Shown: positions 22,023 through 32,982, counted from the stretch's first letter. The stretch is 64,000 nt of DNA from an uncultured Chloroflexia bacterium (GCA_963810095.1 CAWEMM010000012.1:512001-576000), one strand, 5' to 3'. Translations and numbers: made by a program. The notes: generated by a model from the letters alone, not told the origin.

Positions 22023-22736
22023 TGGCGCCGGGCTTTGTACAGCCACTCTTGCGCCGCCTTCCTCCGGAGCGCCGCGCACAGGTTCGCCGCGTGCTGCAGC
22101 CTGCCTACCTCGGCGCGCTTCGCCGCACCCGGCCGCTGAGCGAGCGATACGGATACGACCGGGGCCAGCCGGTGGACCGGTATTACATCGAGTCCTTCCT
22201 GGCATCGCACCGGTCGGATATCCGGGGTGTGGGGCTCGAGATCAAGAACGCGGGCTACCTGCGCCGGTACGATTCGGGACTGACGCGCTGTGATGTGCTG
22301 GACATCGACCCGGCCAACCCTCAAGCGACGGTGGTCGCCGACCTGGCGCGCAGCCGGTAACATCCCGGACGAGCAGTACGACTGCTTCGTCCTAACCCAG
22401 ACGCTGCAGTTTATCTACGACCTGCCAGCGGCGCTGGCCCACGCCCGGCGGATTCTGCGGCCGGGGGGCGTGCTTCTCGTCACGGTCCCTGCGGTCAGTC
22501 GGATGGACCGCGCGCTGGCCGAGGTCGATTATTGGCGCTTTACGCCCGCGGGCTGCGGGCGGCTGTTCGGCGAGGTATTTGGGGCAGACAATGTGACCGT
22601 GCAGGGATTTGGCAATGTCCTGACCGCGTCCGGCTTCCTGATGGGGCTGGCTGCGGAAGATCTGCGCCAGGATGAACTGGAACGCCACGACGAAGCTTTC
22701 CCGGTCCTGGTCGGCGTGAGGGCACAGCGGCCATGA
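22022..22736 (+). CDS. Class I SAM-dependent methyltransferase (glycan modification), frameshift near 22352
   Basis: YGYDRGQPVDRYYIE, YDCFVLTQTLQFIYD, RILRPGGVLLVTVP, DYWRFT. Confidence 0.85.
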
Positions 22737-23618
22737 TCGATAACACCTCGGTCATCATTTGCTCGCGCGAGCGCCCACGCCTGCTGCTGGATACCATCCA
22801 GTCGGTCCTGGCAGGGCAACGAGCAGCCCGCGGAGATCGTGGTCGTCGACCAGAGCCGGACCGCCAACGCAGAGCTGGCGCAGGGGTGCGGAGTGGATTG
22901 CCGCTGTCAGGTACATCCACTCGGACACGACCGGCTTGAGCCGGGCGCGCAACCTGGCCATCCGCGCCGCCCGCTATGACCGGATCGTGATCATCGACGA
23001 CGACATGTTCGTCGAGCGAACGTGGCTGGAACGCCTGGTGGCCGCGTTACTGGCCGCGGGCCCGAACGCGGTCGTGACCGGCCGTGTGCTGCCCGAGGTT
23101 GGGGCGCCGGAGGGCGGGTTCGTCCCCGCGCTGGTGACGGGCGAGCGGGGCGCACGCTACCGGGGCCGCCTCGCGCGCGACGTGCTTGCGGGGGGCACAT
23201 GGCGGCCTGCCGTCAAATCCTGGACGCAGTGGGCGGGTTTGACGAGCGCTTGGGCGCGGGCTCAGGTTTTCCCGCAGCGGACGACAACGATCTCGGGTTC
23301 CGGCTGCTGAAAAACGGCTATGAGATCGTTTACGTGCCCGAGGCGGTGGTCTACCACCGGGCCTGGCGGCCGCGGAGCGAATACCTGTCGATGCGCTGGC
23401 GCTATGGGCGGGGCAAGGGCGGGTTCTATGCAAAGCACCTGGCGAGCGATGTGGGCTATATGTCGAACCGGCTGGTGCGGGATATTGGCAGGCGGGTGAT
23501 GGGATTTCCGCGGCGTGTTCTCCGCGATGCACGCGGAGCTGCGGGTGATGTGGTGTACAGCGCCGGTGTAATGAGGGGAGTGATTCAGTGGAGTCTGGGC
23601 CTGCGAAAGACACAGTAA
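22733..23618 (+). CDS. GT2 glycosyltransferase (frameshifted)
   Basis: SVIICSRERP; GLSRARNLA, IIDDD; GGFDERLGAG..ADDNDL, YVPEAVVYH. Confidence 0.82.
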
Positions 23619-25136
23619 TTCGCAGCCATGTTTTTCGAAGCACGGCGAGCAACCTGGTCGGCCAAGCCATCATCCTTGGCACCGGCTTCTTGCTCGCGCC
23701 TTTCGTGCTGCACCGGATCGGTGCGACGGATTATGGTCTGTGGATCCTGATCAGCTCGTTGACCGGCTATGCCTCGGTACTGGAGTTTGGTATCTCGTCC
23801 GCGGTCATCAAGTATGTCGCCGAATATCGCGCCAAGGGCGAGCGTGAGGAGATGCATGCGCTGATCGGCACGGCGCTCAGCCTGTACACCGTGCTGGGCA
23901 TGTGGCGATCCTGGTCAGCGTGGGGATCGCGGCCGTGCTGCCCCACCTCATCCATGTGCCGCCCGGCCAGGAAAGCACGGCGGTCAAGCTGGTGCTGTTT
24001 GCAGGCATCGGCCTCGGCATCTCGATTCCGGCGACGATCATCGTCGGCGTGCTGCGCGGCCTGCAGCGTTTCGACCTGTTGAATGTGCTCTATGTCATTA
24101 ACACGGTGATAAACGCCCTGGTGACCATCCTGGTACTGCAGTTAGGCTGGGGGGTTGTGGGCATTGCCGCAGCCGCCATTCCGGTTACCGTCCTGACGCA
24201 GCTGCCCGGCCTTTGGCTCATCCGCCGGGCCGACCCTGAAATGCGGATCAGCTGGCGGGGGCGCGGCGCGACTTGATCCGCACCGTGACGGGATTCTCCT
24301 TCAAGCTCTTCGTCATTCAGATCGCCAAGCAGTTGCAGATGCGGACCGACGAGATCGTCATTGCCGGGGCCCTACCCATTGCCAGCATCACGCCCTATTC
24401 CTTCGGCCGCCGGCTGGGCGAGATCCCCAACCAGTTCGCAAACCAGTTCGTCCGCACTTTGATGCCGCTTGCATCGGGCCTGCACGCAGAGAGCGACTGG
24501 GGCCGGCTGCGGGGGATGTATATCGCAAGCACCCGCCTGGCGGTCGCCATTTCGGCGCCCTTGGCCGCGATTTTGACCGTTCTCGCGCCCAGCTTCTTGA
24601 CGCTGTGGATTGGACCGGAGTATGCCCGTTATTGGCCGGTCGTGCTGTTGATTTCCATGTCGAGCGTCGTCGGCATCAGCCAGTACCCGGCCGGCGCAAT
24701 GCTCCAGGGCATGGCACGGCACAACATCCTGGCCGTCACCTCGATTGCGAACGGCGCCATCAACCTTGGGCTGTCGTTGTACCTGGTGCGGCACATGGGC
24801 ATCGTCGGGGTGGCCCTCGGCACGTTCGTGCCCGCACTCCTCGAAGGTATGGTAATCATGCCCTACAGCATGCGACTGCTCAGGGTGGGTTGGGGCGACG
24901 TGCTCCGCGACGCGTTCATCCCGGCACTTGCGCCGATGCTGCCCGCGGTCGCGGTTCTCTATGCCCTGCAGGCGGCCGTACAGCCGCAGAGCTGGCTCGA
25001 ACTCGGAATCACTGCGGCGGTCGGCGGCCTGGTCTATATGATGGTGTACTTCGTTTTCCGGGCCACCACAGCCGAGCGGGAAATGGTGTGGAACATGGTG
25101 ACCCGTGCGCTGAGCTTTGCGCGTGCGCGCAGCTAG
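23588..25136 (+). CDS. Wzx/MATE-like oligosaccharide flippase (two frameshifts; start approximate)
   Basis: STASNLVGQ..GATDYGLW..EFGISSAVIKYVA; GVLRGLQRFD; RTDEIVIAGAL; 12-14 predicted TM helices across three ORF pieces. Confidence 0.85.
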
Positions 25137-25168
25137 CGACTCACGGGTCCGCGACCTCAAGGCAAAGA

Positions 25169-25220
25169 CACAAAGGCACGAAGTCCCAATCACGAACGCT
25201 TGAGACTTCGTGCCTTTGTG
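25169..25220. repeat. REP-like hairpin (CACAAAG family), perfect 17-bp inverted repeat
   Basis: CACAAAGGCACGAAGTC (25169-25185) / GACTTCGTGCCTTTGTG (25204-25220) between convergent genes. Confidence 0.75.
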
Positions 25221-25232
25221 GTTCCAGGCTCC

Positions 25233-27092
25233 TTACGGCACGGCGACCCGGCCCGTAATCGAGCCAAACTGGTTCGGCAGGTAATAGGACGAGCCGATGC
25301 CCTTGCGCCACGCATCCTTGGCCGCCTGGCTCGTCTCGATGCGCCAGTCCACGCCGTCAAACTGCCAGTTGAAGTACACTGCGGCGCGCATCCGGGTGTA
25401 GCGGCTGGGGATCTGGGTGCCGAGCGCGTCGGTCAGCCAGTTGGCCTTCGAGCCGCCCTGCTCTACCGAGCCGAACTCGCCGATCATCATCGGCTTGGCC
25501 GGCGCGATCTTGACGATTTCGTTGTAGGAGTAGTTGTACACCTGGTCGAAGGTCTGCCACCCCGACGAGCGATTCGAGCCCCAGTTGTAGCCGTCCAGGC
25601 AGGTCCAGTCCACGTACGAGTCACCCGGATACAGCGACGCGAACGAGGGGTTGGTGGTGTTCGGATAGTCGATATTCGGGCACCACACGTAGGAGGCGTT
25701 GTTGACGCCCACCTGGCGGAAGATGTCGACGATGTGGCGCCAGGCCTGCACGAACTGGCCGCGTTGGTTGCCGTTCTGGGTCTCCTGCCACGGATAGCCC
25801 CACGAACCGTTCATCTCGTGCATGATGCGCAGGAAGAAGGGGAAGCCCCAGTTCTTCGCGTCGGTGGCGAACTGGCGGATGTACGCATCGTGCGTCCCGT
25901 TGATGATCTTCCCCAACTGCCAGCGGCTGGCATCACCGCCTTCGGGCGTCCACGAGATCATAGGGATGGAGCCGTGTGAGCGGGCATTGTTGGGGCCACT
26001 GTTTGACCAATTGCGATAGTTGCCCGAGGAATCACCCCAGAAGTTGCCCCAGTGGACGATCGAGACGGCCTTGCCGGTCACATCGCGCTCCCAGGCCGCA
26101 AGCTTGCTGAGATCGGCCGGCACTCCCGACATGTTCACCCCCCAGTAGATCGCACTGCCGCTGGCGGGGGGTGGCGGTGGGGCGGTGGGGGTGGGCGCAG
26201 GCGCGCTGCCGTTGCTGACGGTGAAGGCGCTCGTCACCTTCGTCGTCCCCCCGCCAGCCAGATCGACTGCAGCGGTGATCGTGTGTGCACCATTCGCAAG
26301 CTGCCCCGTGTTGTAGGGCGAAGCGGCGGCTGCAGAGCCGCCCGCAAAGTCGTAGGGAGGGTTGCCCTCTGTCTGCGATGGCGTGCCGGAACCCGAGGTG
26401 TTGTCGAGATAGAAACGTACCTGGCTCGCCCCAGTTCCGGGAGTCAGAAAGACGTAAATGTCCCCCGAAACCGACTTGCCGTCAAGCGCGACGGGGTTGG
26501 CGCGATCAGCCGAATTGCTGAGCGACAACGCGTAAGCAGCGACAGGTGCGGGCGTGGCCGTTGGCACGACAGTTGGCGCCGGTTTTCGTACGGCGAAACT
26601 GGCCAGCGTGGTGGTGCTGTAAAGCGGCCGAGAGGTGGCGGGGTCGTGCATCTCCGCGCTCAAAATATATGCGCCTTCCTCAGCGGTCGGAGCGAGATGG
26701 AGCGACTCCTGGGTCTGGCTGCCCTCGCCCGGGTCGAGACACTGGCCGGCATACTCGTGGCGGAGCAGCACCTGGCCGTTCGGCGCACGAACGATCAGGA
26801 CAATGTCTACGTCGAGGTGCGCCGGGGTCTGGTTGACGAACTGCGAACCCACAGAAACATCTGCACCGGGCGCGGTCTCCGCGGGTGCGGCGCGCATCGA
26901 AATCGCCAGCGGCGAAACCACCGGCCCCGCCACGGCGGGCAGAAACAACCTGTGGCCTTGGGGGCCCGAGGGCGCCGCGCTCACGGCGACAGGGAGTGCG
27001 AGTAGACCTAACACAAGGGTTAAGACGCCGATTTTCGCGACGAAGTTCGCGCAGAGTCCAGTCTTCCAGCTAGACTTCGGTCTCGAGTGCAT
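25233..27092 (-). CDS. Secreted multidomain GH26 (beta-mannanase family) protein
   Basis: ATG 27092 with GAGGAG RBS; signal peptide; two Ig-like modules and Pro/Thr linkers; GH26 motifs LRIMHEMNGSW, VWCPN, YPGDSYVDW..LDGYN, KPMMIGEFG. Confidence 0.85.
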   Translation of the reverse strand: MHSRPKSSWKTGLCANFVAKIGVLTLVLGLLALPVAVSAAPSGPQGHRLFLPAVAGPVVSPLAISMRAAPAETAPGADVSVGSQFVNQTPAHLDVDIVLIVRAPNGQVLLRHEYAGQCLDPGEGSQTQESLHLAPTAEEGAYILSAEMHDPATSRPLYSTTTLASFAVRKPAPTVVPTATPAPVAAYALSLSNSADRANPVALDGKSVSGDIYVFLTPGTGASQVRFYLDNTSGSGTPSQTEGNPPYDFAGGSAAAASPYNTGQLANGAHTITAAVDLAGGGTTKVTSAFTVSNGSAPAPTPTAPPPPPASGSAIYWGVNMSGVPADLSKLAAWERDVTGKAVSIVHWGNFWGDSSGNYRNWSNSGPNNARSHGSIPMISWTPEGGDASRWQLGKIINGTHDAYIRQFATDAKNWGFPFFLRIMHEMNGSWGYPWQETQNGNQRGQFVQAWRHIVDIFRQVGVNNASYVWCPNIDYPNTTNPSFASLYPGDSYVDWTCLDGYNWGSNRSSGWQTFDQVYNYSYNEIVKIAPAKPMMIGEFGSVEQGGSKANWLTDALGTQIPSRYTRMRAAVYFNWQFDGVDWRIETSQAAKDAWRKGIGSSYYLPNQFGSITGRVAVP

Positions 27093-27660
27093 CAGTTCCT
27101 CCTCTTTGGGCTCTGTGGTGAGCCGGGGGGTGCTTTCTAATTTTGATTGGTATTCACTGGCATATTCATCAAAAATTGGAGACAACTCGCACGTGTAATA
27201 AGCAAGTGGCAGAGACAAGGCGCGTGGAACGAGGGCCGGCGAACAGGCAGTCACGCCTGGTCCTGGCTCAGCCAAGAGTGGTCCGAACGCCTAGATCAAT
27301 ACGGAGACGAGTAGCAGACTGAAGCGCGCTTCGGGTAGAGACATCCTGCGCCAATAGAAGATGAGGTTCGATCCGGTCTTCGCTTGCGGTCCAAAAGGCC
27401 GGCAAGCACCCATAGGTCATGCCGTCGCAAGGGACTGAAACGTGGGATCGCTACATGCACCGGAAGAGACGAAAGGTGAAGGTCGATACAAATTGCTTTA
27501 CTTCTACAGACTGTAGCACAACTTACTTCGGTGCGCAAATTCGCACGTACAACAAACGACGTAGATGACCTGCTCTGGAAACAGCATGACGTTATTCCCC
27601 GCCGCGTGCGCTATACTGTCCGTGTCGTAAATGCGTCGCCGTCATAGATGGGGGCCTCTC

Positions 27661-29289
27661 GTGGACGTCTTGCGCTCTTCCATCCACACAACCAGCCCGG
27701 ACTTCGCGGCCAACGCCGCTTTCCATCGTGCGCTGGCCGCCACCCTGCGCAACGATCTGGCCCTGATTCGCCAAGGCGGTGGCCCGAAATACCGGGAGCG
27801 CCACGAAGCGCAGGGCAAGCTCTATGTTCGAGAACGCATCGACCGGCTGCTGGATACGGGGTCGCCCTTCCTCGAGTTGTCGCCTCTCGCCGCCTGGCAA
27901 GTCTACCGGGACCCTGCCCCGGGTGCAGGCATCGTGACCGGGATTGGCCGGGTGCAAGGGCGCGAGGTGTTGGTGGTTGCCAACGATGCGACGGTCAAAG
28001 GCGGCTCCTACTATCCCCTCACGGTTAAGAAACACCTGCGCGGCCAGCAGATCGCCGAGCAAAACGGCCTCCCCTGCATCTACCTGGTCGATTCCGGCGG
28101 CGCCTACCTACCCATGCAGGACGAAGTGTTCCCGGACGAGAACCACTTCGGCCGCATCTTCTACAACCAGGCTCGCATGAGTGCCAAGGGCATCCCCCAG
28201 ATTGCCCTTGTCATGGGTTCGTGCACGGCGGGCGGCGCCTACGTGCCCGCGATGAGCGACGAAGCCATCATCGTGCGGGGGACGGGCACGATCTTCCTCG
28301 CCGGCCCACCCCTCGTAAAAGCGGCGACCGGAGAGGACGTCAGCGCCGAGGACCTGGGCGGTGCGGACGTCCACACGCGCCTGTCGGGCGTTGCAGACCA
28401 CTTTGCCGAGGACGACGAGGACGCGCTGGAGATTTGCCGCGGCATCGTCGAGACGTTGCCCCGCGCCCGCGGCCGGGGCGATACCTGGCTGGACGGGCTC
28501 GACCTGGCCCCGCCGGAAGAGCCGCTCTACCCGGCCGAGGAGTTGTACGGGGTGCTGCCGCGCACGTTCAGAGAGAGCTATGACGTGCGCGAGGTCATCG
28601 CCCGGCTGGTCGACGGCAGCCGGTTTCGGGAGTTCAAGGCCCGGTACGGGACGACCCTCGTGTGCGGCTTTGCGCGCATCCACGGCTACCCCGTCGGCAT
28701 CCTGGCGAACAATGGCATCCTTTTCAGCCAGAGCTCGCTAAAGGGCGCCCACTTCATCGAGCTGTGCCAGCAGCGCGGAGTTCCGCTGCTGTTCCTCCAA
28801 AACATCACCGGCTTCATGGTCGGCCAGGCATATGAGACGGCCGGCATCGCCAAAGACGGTGCGAAGCTGGTCCATGCGGTAGCCAACGCGTCCGTGCCCA
28901 AGCTGACCGTCGTCATCGGCGGGTCATTCGGCGCGGGCAACTACGGCATGGCCGGGCGGGCGTACAGCCCGCGCTTTCTGTGGATGTGGCCCAATGCCCG
29001 CATCAGCGTGATGGGGGGCGAACAGGCCGCGAACGTGCTGCTGACCATCAAGCAGGACCAGTTGGTGCGTGAGGGCAAGCCCCAGCTGACGGCGGATCAG
29101 GCGGAGGAGTTCAAGCGGCCGACGCTGGACAAGTACGAGCGGGAGGGGCACCCCTATTACTCGAGCGCCCGGTTGTGGGATGACGGCATCCTGGACCCGG
29201 CTGAAACCCGCACCGTCTTGGGACTGGCGCTGTCGGTCGTGCTCAACGCGTCGCGCGAAGAGGGCGGCTTCGGGGTCTTCCGCATGTAA
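27661..29289 (+). CDS. Carboxyltransferase (beta) subunit, 3-methylcrotonyl-CoA carboxylase-like
   Basis: [69 protein letters not shown]. Confidence 0.92.
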   Translation: MDVLRSSIHTTSPDFAANAAFHRALAATLRNDLALIRQGGGPKYRERHEAQGKLYVRERIDRLLDTGSPFLELSPLAAWQVYRDPAPGAGIVTGIGRVQGREVLVVANDATVKGGSYYPLTVKKHLRGQQIAEQNGLPCIYLVDSGGAYLPMQDEVFPDENHFGRIFYNQARMSAKGIPQIALVMGSCTAGGAYVPAMSDEAIIVRGTGTIFLAGPPLVKAATGEDVSAEDLGGADVHTRLSGVADHFAEDDEDALEICRGIVETLPRARGRGDTWLDGLDLAPPEEPLYPAEELYGVLPRTFRESYDVREVIARLVDGSRFREFKARYGTTLVCGFARIHGYPVGILANNGILFSQSSLKGAHFIELCQQRGVPLLFLQNITGFMVGQAYETAGIAKDGAKLVHAVANASVPKLTVVIGGSFGAGNYGMAGRAYSPRFLWMWPNARISVMGGEQAANVLLTIKQDQLVREGKPQLTADQAEEFKRPTLDKYEREGHPYYSSARLWDDGILDPAETRTVLGLALSVVLNASREEGGFGVFRM

Positions 29290-29300
29290 CAGTAGACGAG

Positions 29301-29352
29301 AACACAAAGACACGAAGGTCAATGTCCGTTCGTGGCTTTGTGGCTTTATGTT
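29301..29352. repeat. REP-like palindrome (CACAAAG family)
   Basis: AACACAAAGACACGAAG ... TTCGTGGCTTTGTGGCTTTATGTT. Confidence 0.7.
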
Positions 29353-29372
29353 GAATCTCTTCGAGGGGTAGC

Positions 29373-30889
29373 GTGTTCTCGAAAATCCTCATTGCAAATC
29401 GCGGCGAGATCGCCGTCCGGGTGATCCGGGCCTGCCGCGAACTGGGCATCTCGACCGTCGCGGTGTTCTCGGACGCGGACCGCCGCGCGCTGCACGTGCG
29501 CATGGCCGACGAAGCCGTTCCAATCGGCCCGGCACCCGCGCGCGAGTCGTACCTCGTTGGGGAGCGGATCCTCGACGCAGCCCGCCAGACGGGCAGCCAG
29601 GCCGTTCACCCGGGTTACGGCTTCCTTTCGGAGAACGCCGCCTTTTCGGATGCCGTGTCGGACGCGGGGCTGGTTTTCATCGGTCCATCAGGAGCGGCGG
29701 TGCGTGCGATGGGGGACAAGGCCGCGGCCCGGTCGCGGCATGGAGGCGGCGGGGGTGCCCGTGGTGCCCGGGTGGCAAGGCGCAGACGACGACCTGACCT
29801 TGGCGGCGAAGGCTGCCGAAATCGGCTACCCGGTGATGGTTAAGGCCGCGGCGGGCGGGGGCGGCAAGGGGATGCGGATCGTCGAGCGGGGCGCCGACCT
29901 GGCAGAGGCCGTGGGTGCCGCCCGGCGCGAGGCTCAGGCTGCATTCGGCGACGGCCGGCTGATTCTCGAGCGCTATGTCGCCCGCGGCACATCATGTCGA
30001 ATTCCAGGTGCTCGCCGACGATCACGGCAACGTCGTGCACCTCTTCGAGCGCGAGTGCTCAGTGCAGCGGCGGCACCAAAAGATCATCGAGGAGACGCCT
30101 TCGCCGCTGCTCGACGATGAGATCAGAGAGCGGATGGGTGCGGCTGCCGTGGCCGCAGCGGCCGCGGTGAATTACCGAAACGCCGGGACGATTGAGTTCA
30201 TCGTCGACCCCGACTCGCGTGCATTCTACTTCCTTGAAATGAACACCCGGCTGCAGGTCGAACACCCGATCACGGAGATGGTCGTCGGGCTCGACCTGGT
30301 CCAATGGCAAATCCGGGTTGCGGCGGGCGACGCCCTTCTCTTCCACCAGTCTGATTTGCGCCAGCGCGGGCATGCGATCGAGTGCCGCCTGTACGCGGAG
30401 GACCCTGCCAATCACTTCCTCCCCGCGACCGGCAAAATCCTACGTTTCATCGAGCCGAAGGGACCGGGCGTGCGGGTCGATACAGGCATCACCACGGGGG
30501 ACGAAGTTTCCCTGTACTACGATCCCCTGCTCGCCAAGCTGATCGTCCATGCCGAGGACCGCCCGGCCGCAATCCGCAAGATGCGTGGGGCCCTGGATGG
30601 TACGGTGCTGCTGGGCATCACGACCAACTGGCGTTTCCTGCAGGACGTGCTCGCACATCCGGCATTCGGCGCGGGCAGCGTACATACGGCCTGGATCGAC
30701 CGAGAATTCACCGAGTGGGAAGCGCCGCAGTGCGATTTGCCGCCGGAAGTGCTGGCAGCCGCCGCGCTCACCGAGGTGCAGTTGTTGCAGGCCGGCAGCG
30801 CAACGGTCGGGCCGTTGGGGGCAGAGACGGCGGGCGGCGATGCGTTCAGCCCCTGGCGCACGCCCAATCGTTTCCGCACGGGCGAATAG
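29373..30889 (+). CDS. Biotin carboxylase subunit (two frameshifts)
   Basis: [64 protein letters not shown]. Confidence 0.92.
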
Positions 30890-30916
30890 GGCCGGGCGGG
30901 AACAGGAGCAAAACGG

Positions 30917-31471
30917 ATGAAGTACCGCTACCAGGCGGGCGAGGGCGAGAGTGCCGTCACCTACGAAGTGCTGCTCGAGAGACACGGCGACGGGTATCGC
31001 ACGACCGTAAACGGCGAGACTTATGAGCTCGAAGTGCTCGACGCGCAGCCCGGCGCGCTTACCCTCCGCTTCCGCCGGACCGGGCAGCCGGAAGGCGACG
31101 CCGGGGACTCGCAGGACGCCATTCGGCCCCAGGTTGTCTACTGGGGCGCGGAGGGCGACGTCAAGTGGTTCTCGTCCGGGGGCTGCACCTACCGGCTCGA
31201 ACGGCCGCGGGAACGCGCCAGACAGGGCCGCCGCGGCGCATCTGGAGGTGGGGCGGCCGAGGACATCCTGACCGCGCCCATGCCCAGCCAGGTGCGCGCC
31301 GTGCAGGCAGCCGAAGGTGATGTGGTGGAGGCCGGCCAGACGCTGCTGCTACTCGAAGCCATGAAGATGGAGATCAAGCTCAGCAGCCCACGGGAGGCGA
31401 CAGTCCGCCGCGTCCTGGTGAAACAAGGCGACACGGTCGAACGCGACCAGGTGCTGGTGGAGCTCGCGTAA
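30917..31471 (+). CDS. Biotin carboxyl carrier protein (BT-like + BCCP domains)
   Basis: Own RBS (AGGAG); LTAPMP, EAMKME biotinylation motif. Confidence 0.9.
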   Translation: MKYRYQAGEGESAVTYEVLLERHGDGYRTTVNGETYELEVLDAQPGALTLRFRRTGQPEGDAGDSQDAIRPQVVYWGAEGDVKWFSSGGCTYRLERPRERARQGRRGASGGGAAEDILTAPMPSQVRAVQAAEGDVVEAGQTLLLLEAMKMEIKLSSPREATVRRVLVKQGDTVERDQVLVELA

Positions 31472-31494
31472 GGGCGGTCAGGGGAGGGAAACGT

Positions 31495-32094
31495 ATGCCG
31501 GGACGCTATTATGACGACCTCGAAGTCGGCCAGCACATCCGCCACAGCCAGGGGCGAACCGTGACCGAGGCGGACAACGTCCTCTTCTGTGCGCTGACGA
31601 TGAACACGCAGCCCCTGCACATCAACGAGGACTTCGCGGCCAAGACCGAGTTCGGCCGGCGAATCGTCAACGGCATCTTCACGCTTGGCCTGGTCGTTGG
31701 CCTCACCGTGCCCGAGTTGACCGAGGGGACCATCGTGGCGAATCTCGGATACGAGCGAGTGCTGCACCCGAACCCGGTCTTCCACGGCGATACGATTTAC
31801 GTGGAGAGCGAGGTGCTGGAAAAACGGCCGTCCAAGTCGCGGCCGAACGCGGGCGTCGTGCGCCTGAAGCACACCGGGCGCAAACAAGATGGCACGGTCG
31901 TGGTCGAGGTCGAACGCACCGTGATGTTCCTGAGAGGACCTGGGTCAGGCTTGACCACAAAGCCACAAAGACTCGAAGTAACACAAAGGAGGTTTGGTGA
32001 ATCTTCGTGTCTTCGTGCCTTTGTGGTGAGTCACCGCTCTGAGGGAGGGATAAATGCGCGCGAGGCGAGCCCTGCTGTACATGCCGGGGGATGA
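31495..32094 (+). CDS. MaoC-family (R)-specific enoyl-CoA hydratase/dehydratase; true stop probably near 31954
   Basis: GRYYDDLEVG, RTVTEADN..FCALTMNTQPLH, PVFHGDTI. The ORF tail runs through a REP element, suggesting an indel near 31930. Confidence 0.88.
   Translation: MPGRYYDDLEVGQHIRHSQGRTVTEADNVLFCALTMNTQPLHINEDFAAKTEFGRRIVNGIFTLGLVVGLTVPELTEGTIVANLGYERVLHPNPVFHGDTIYVESEVLEKRPSKSRPNAGVVRLKHTGRKQDGTVVVEVERTVMFLRGPGSGLTTKPQRLEVTQRRFGESSCLRAFVVSHRSEGGINAREASPAVHAGG
31954..32027. repeat. REP-like palindrome (CACAAAG family)
   Basis: ACCACAAAGCCACAAAGACTCGAAG ... CTTCGTGTCTTCGTGCCTTTGTGGT. Confidence 0.75.
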
Positions 32095-32929
32095 CGAGCG
32101 GAAGATCCGCAAGGCGGCGACACTCGACGTAGACTGCGTGTGCCTGGACATGGAGGACGGCGTCGCGCTCAGCCGCAAGGACGACGCGTGGAGTCTGATC
32201 CCGGCCATGCTGCGAGAATTGCACTTCGCCAGGGCCGAAAGACTCGTGCGGATCAACCCCGTGGGGTCGGGGATGGAGGCGGAGGACCTGCGGGCGGCGC
32301 TCGAGGTCCGGCCAGACGGGATCGTGATCCCGAAGGTCGAGAGCGGGGACGCAATCCGCTGGGCCAGCGCTGAGATTGCGGCCTTCGAGCGGAGAAATGG
32401 CTGGGACGGCGGCCAGATCGCCATTATCGTGCTGGTGGAAACCGCGCTCGGGATCGTCAACCTGAGGGAGATCGCATCGAGCGACCCGCGGCTGCAGGCG
32501 CTCATCTTCGGCGCAGAAGACCTGGCGGGCGACATCGGCGCGGTACGGACGCGCGAGGGGTGGGAAGTGTTCTACGCCAGGAGCGCGGTGGTCACGCATG
32601 CCGCCGCGTTCGGGCTCCAGGCGATCGACATGGTGTATATTGACTATAGGGACACCGAGGGGCTGGTGACCGAGTCAGTGGAGGCCGCCCGGCTGGGGTA
32701 CGCGGGCAAGCAGGTGATCCACCCCAACCAGGTCGGGCCGGTGCAAGGCGCGTTTACGCCCGACGCCGGCGCCATTGCTCACGCAGAGCGGATCATGAAC
32801 GCGATGGCGCAGCACCAGGAGGCGGGGAAAGGCGCGTTCAGCCTCGATGGCAAGATGATCGACATGCCGCTCGTGAAGGCGGCCGAGCGGGTGCTGGCGC
32901 GGGCACGGGCCGCGGGGAAGGTCGCGTAA
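32054..32929 (+). CDS. CitE/HpcH-family CoA-ester lyase
   Basis: RRALLYMPG, LDMEDGV, VRIN, IPKVES, VETALG, FGAEDL, GKQVIHPNQV, DGKMIDMP. Confidence 0.9.
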   Translation: MRARRALLYMPGDDERKIRKAATLDVDCVCLDMEDGVALSRKDDAWSLIPAMLRELHFARAERLVRINPVGSGMEAEDLRAALEVRPDGIVIPKVESGDAIRWASAEIAAFERRNGWDGGQIAIIVLVETALGIVNLREIASSDPRLQALIFGAEDLAGDIGAVRTREGWEVFYARSAVVTHAAAFGLQAIDMVYIDYRDTEGLVTESVEAARLGYAGKQVIHPNQVGPVQGAFTPDAGAIAHAERIMNAMAQHQEAGKGAFSLDGKMIDMPLVKAAERVLARARAAGKVA

Positions 32930-32982
32930 GCCAGAGGACAGACCTCTCAGGAACGAGGCCCACCTGACAGGCGCCCGCCCCC

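Noticed and set aside
27093-27660. Riboswitch (e.g. c-di-GMP) upstream of GH26
   Set aside because: Only short inverted repeats are visible and I could not match any conserved aptamer core; an Infernal search is needed.
31930-32094. MaoC C-terminal extension overlapping citE
   Set aside because: The extension is translated REP sequence, and a TGA at 31952-31954 in another frame is the likely real stop.
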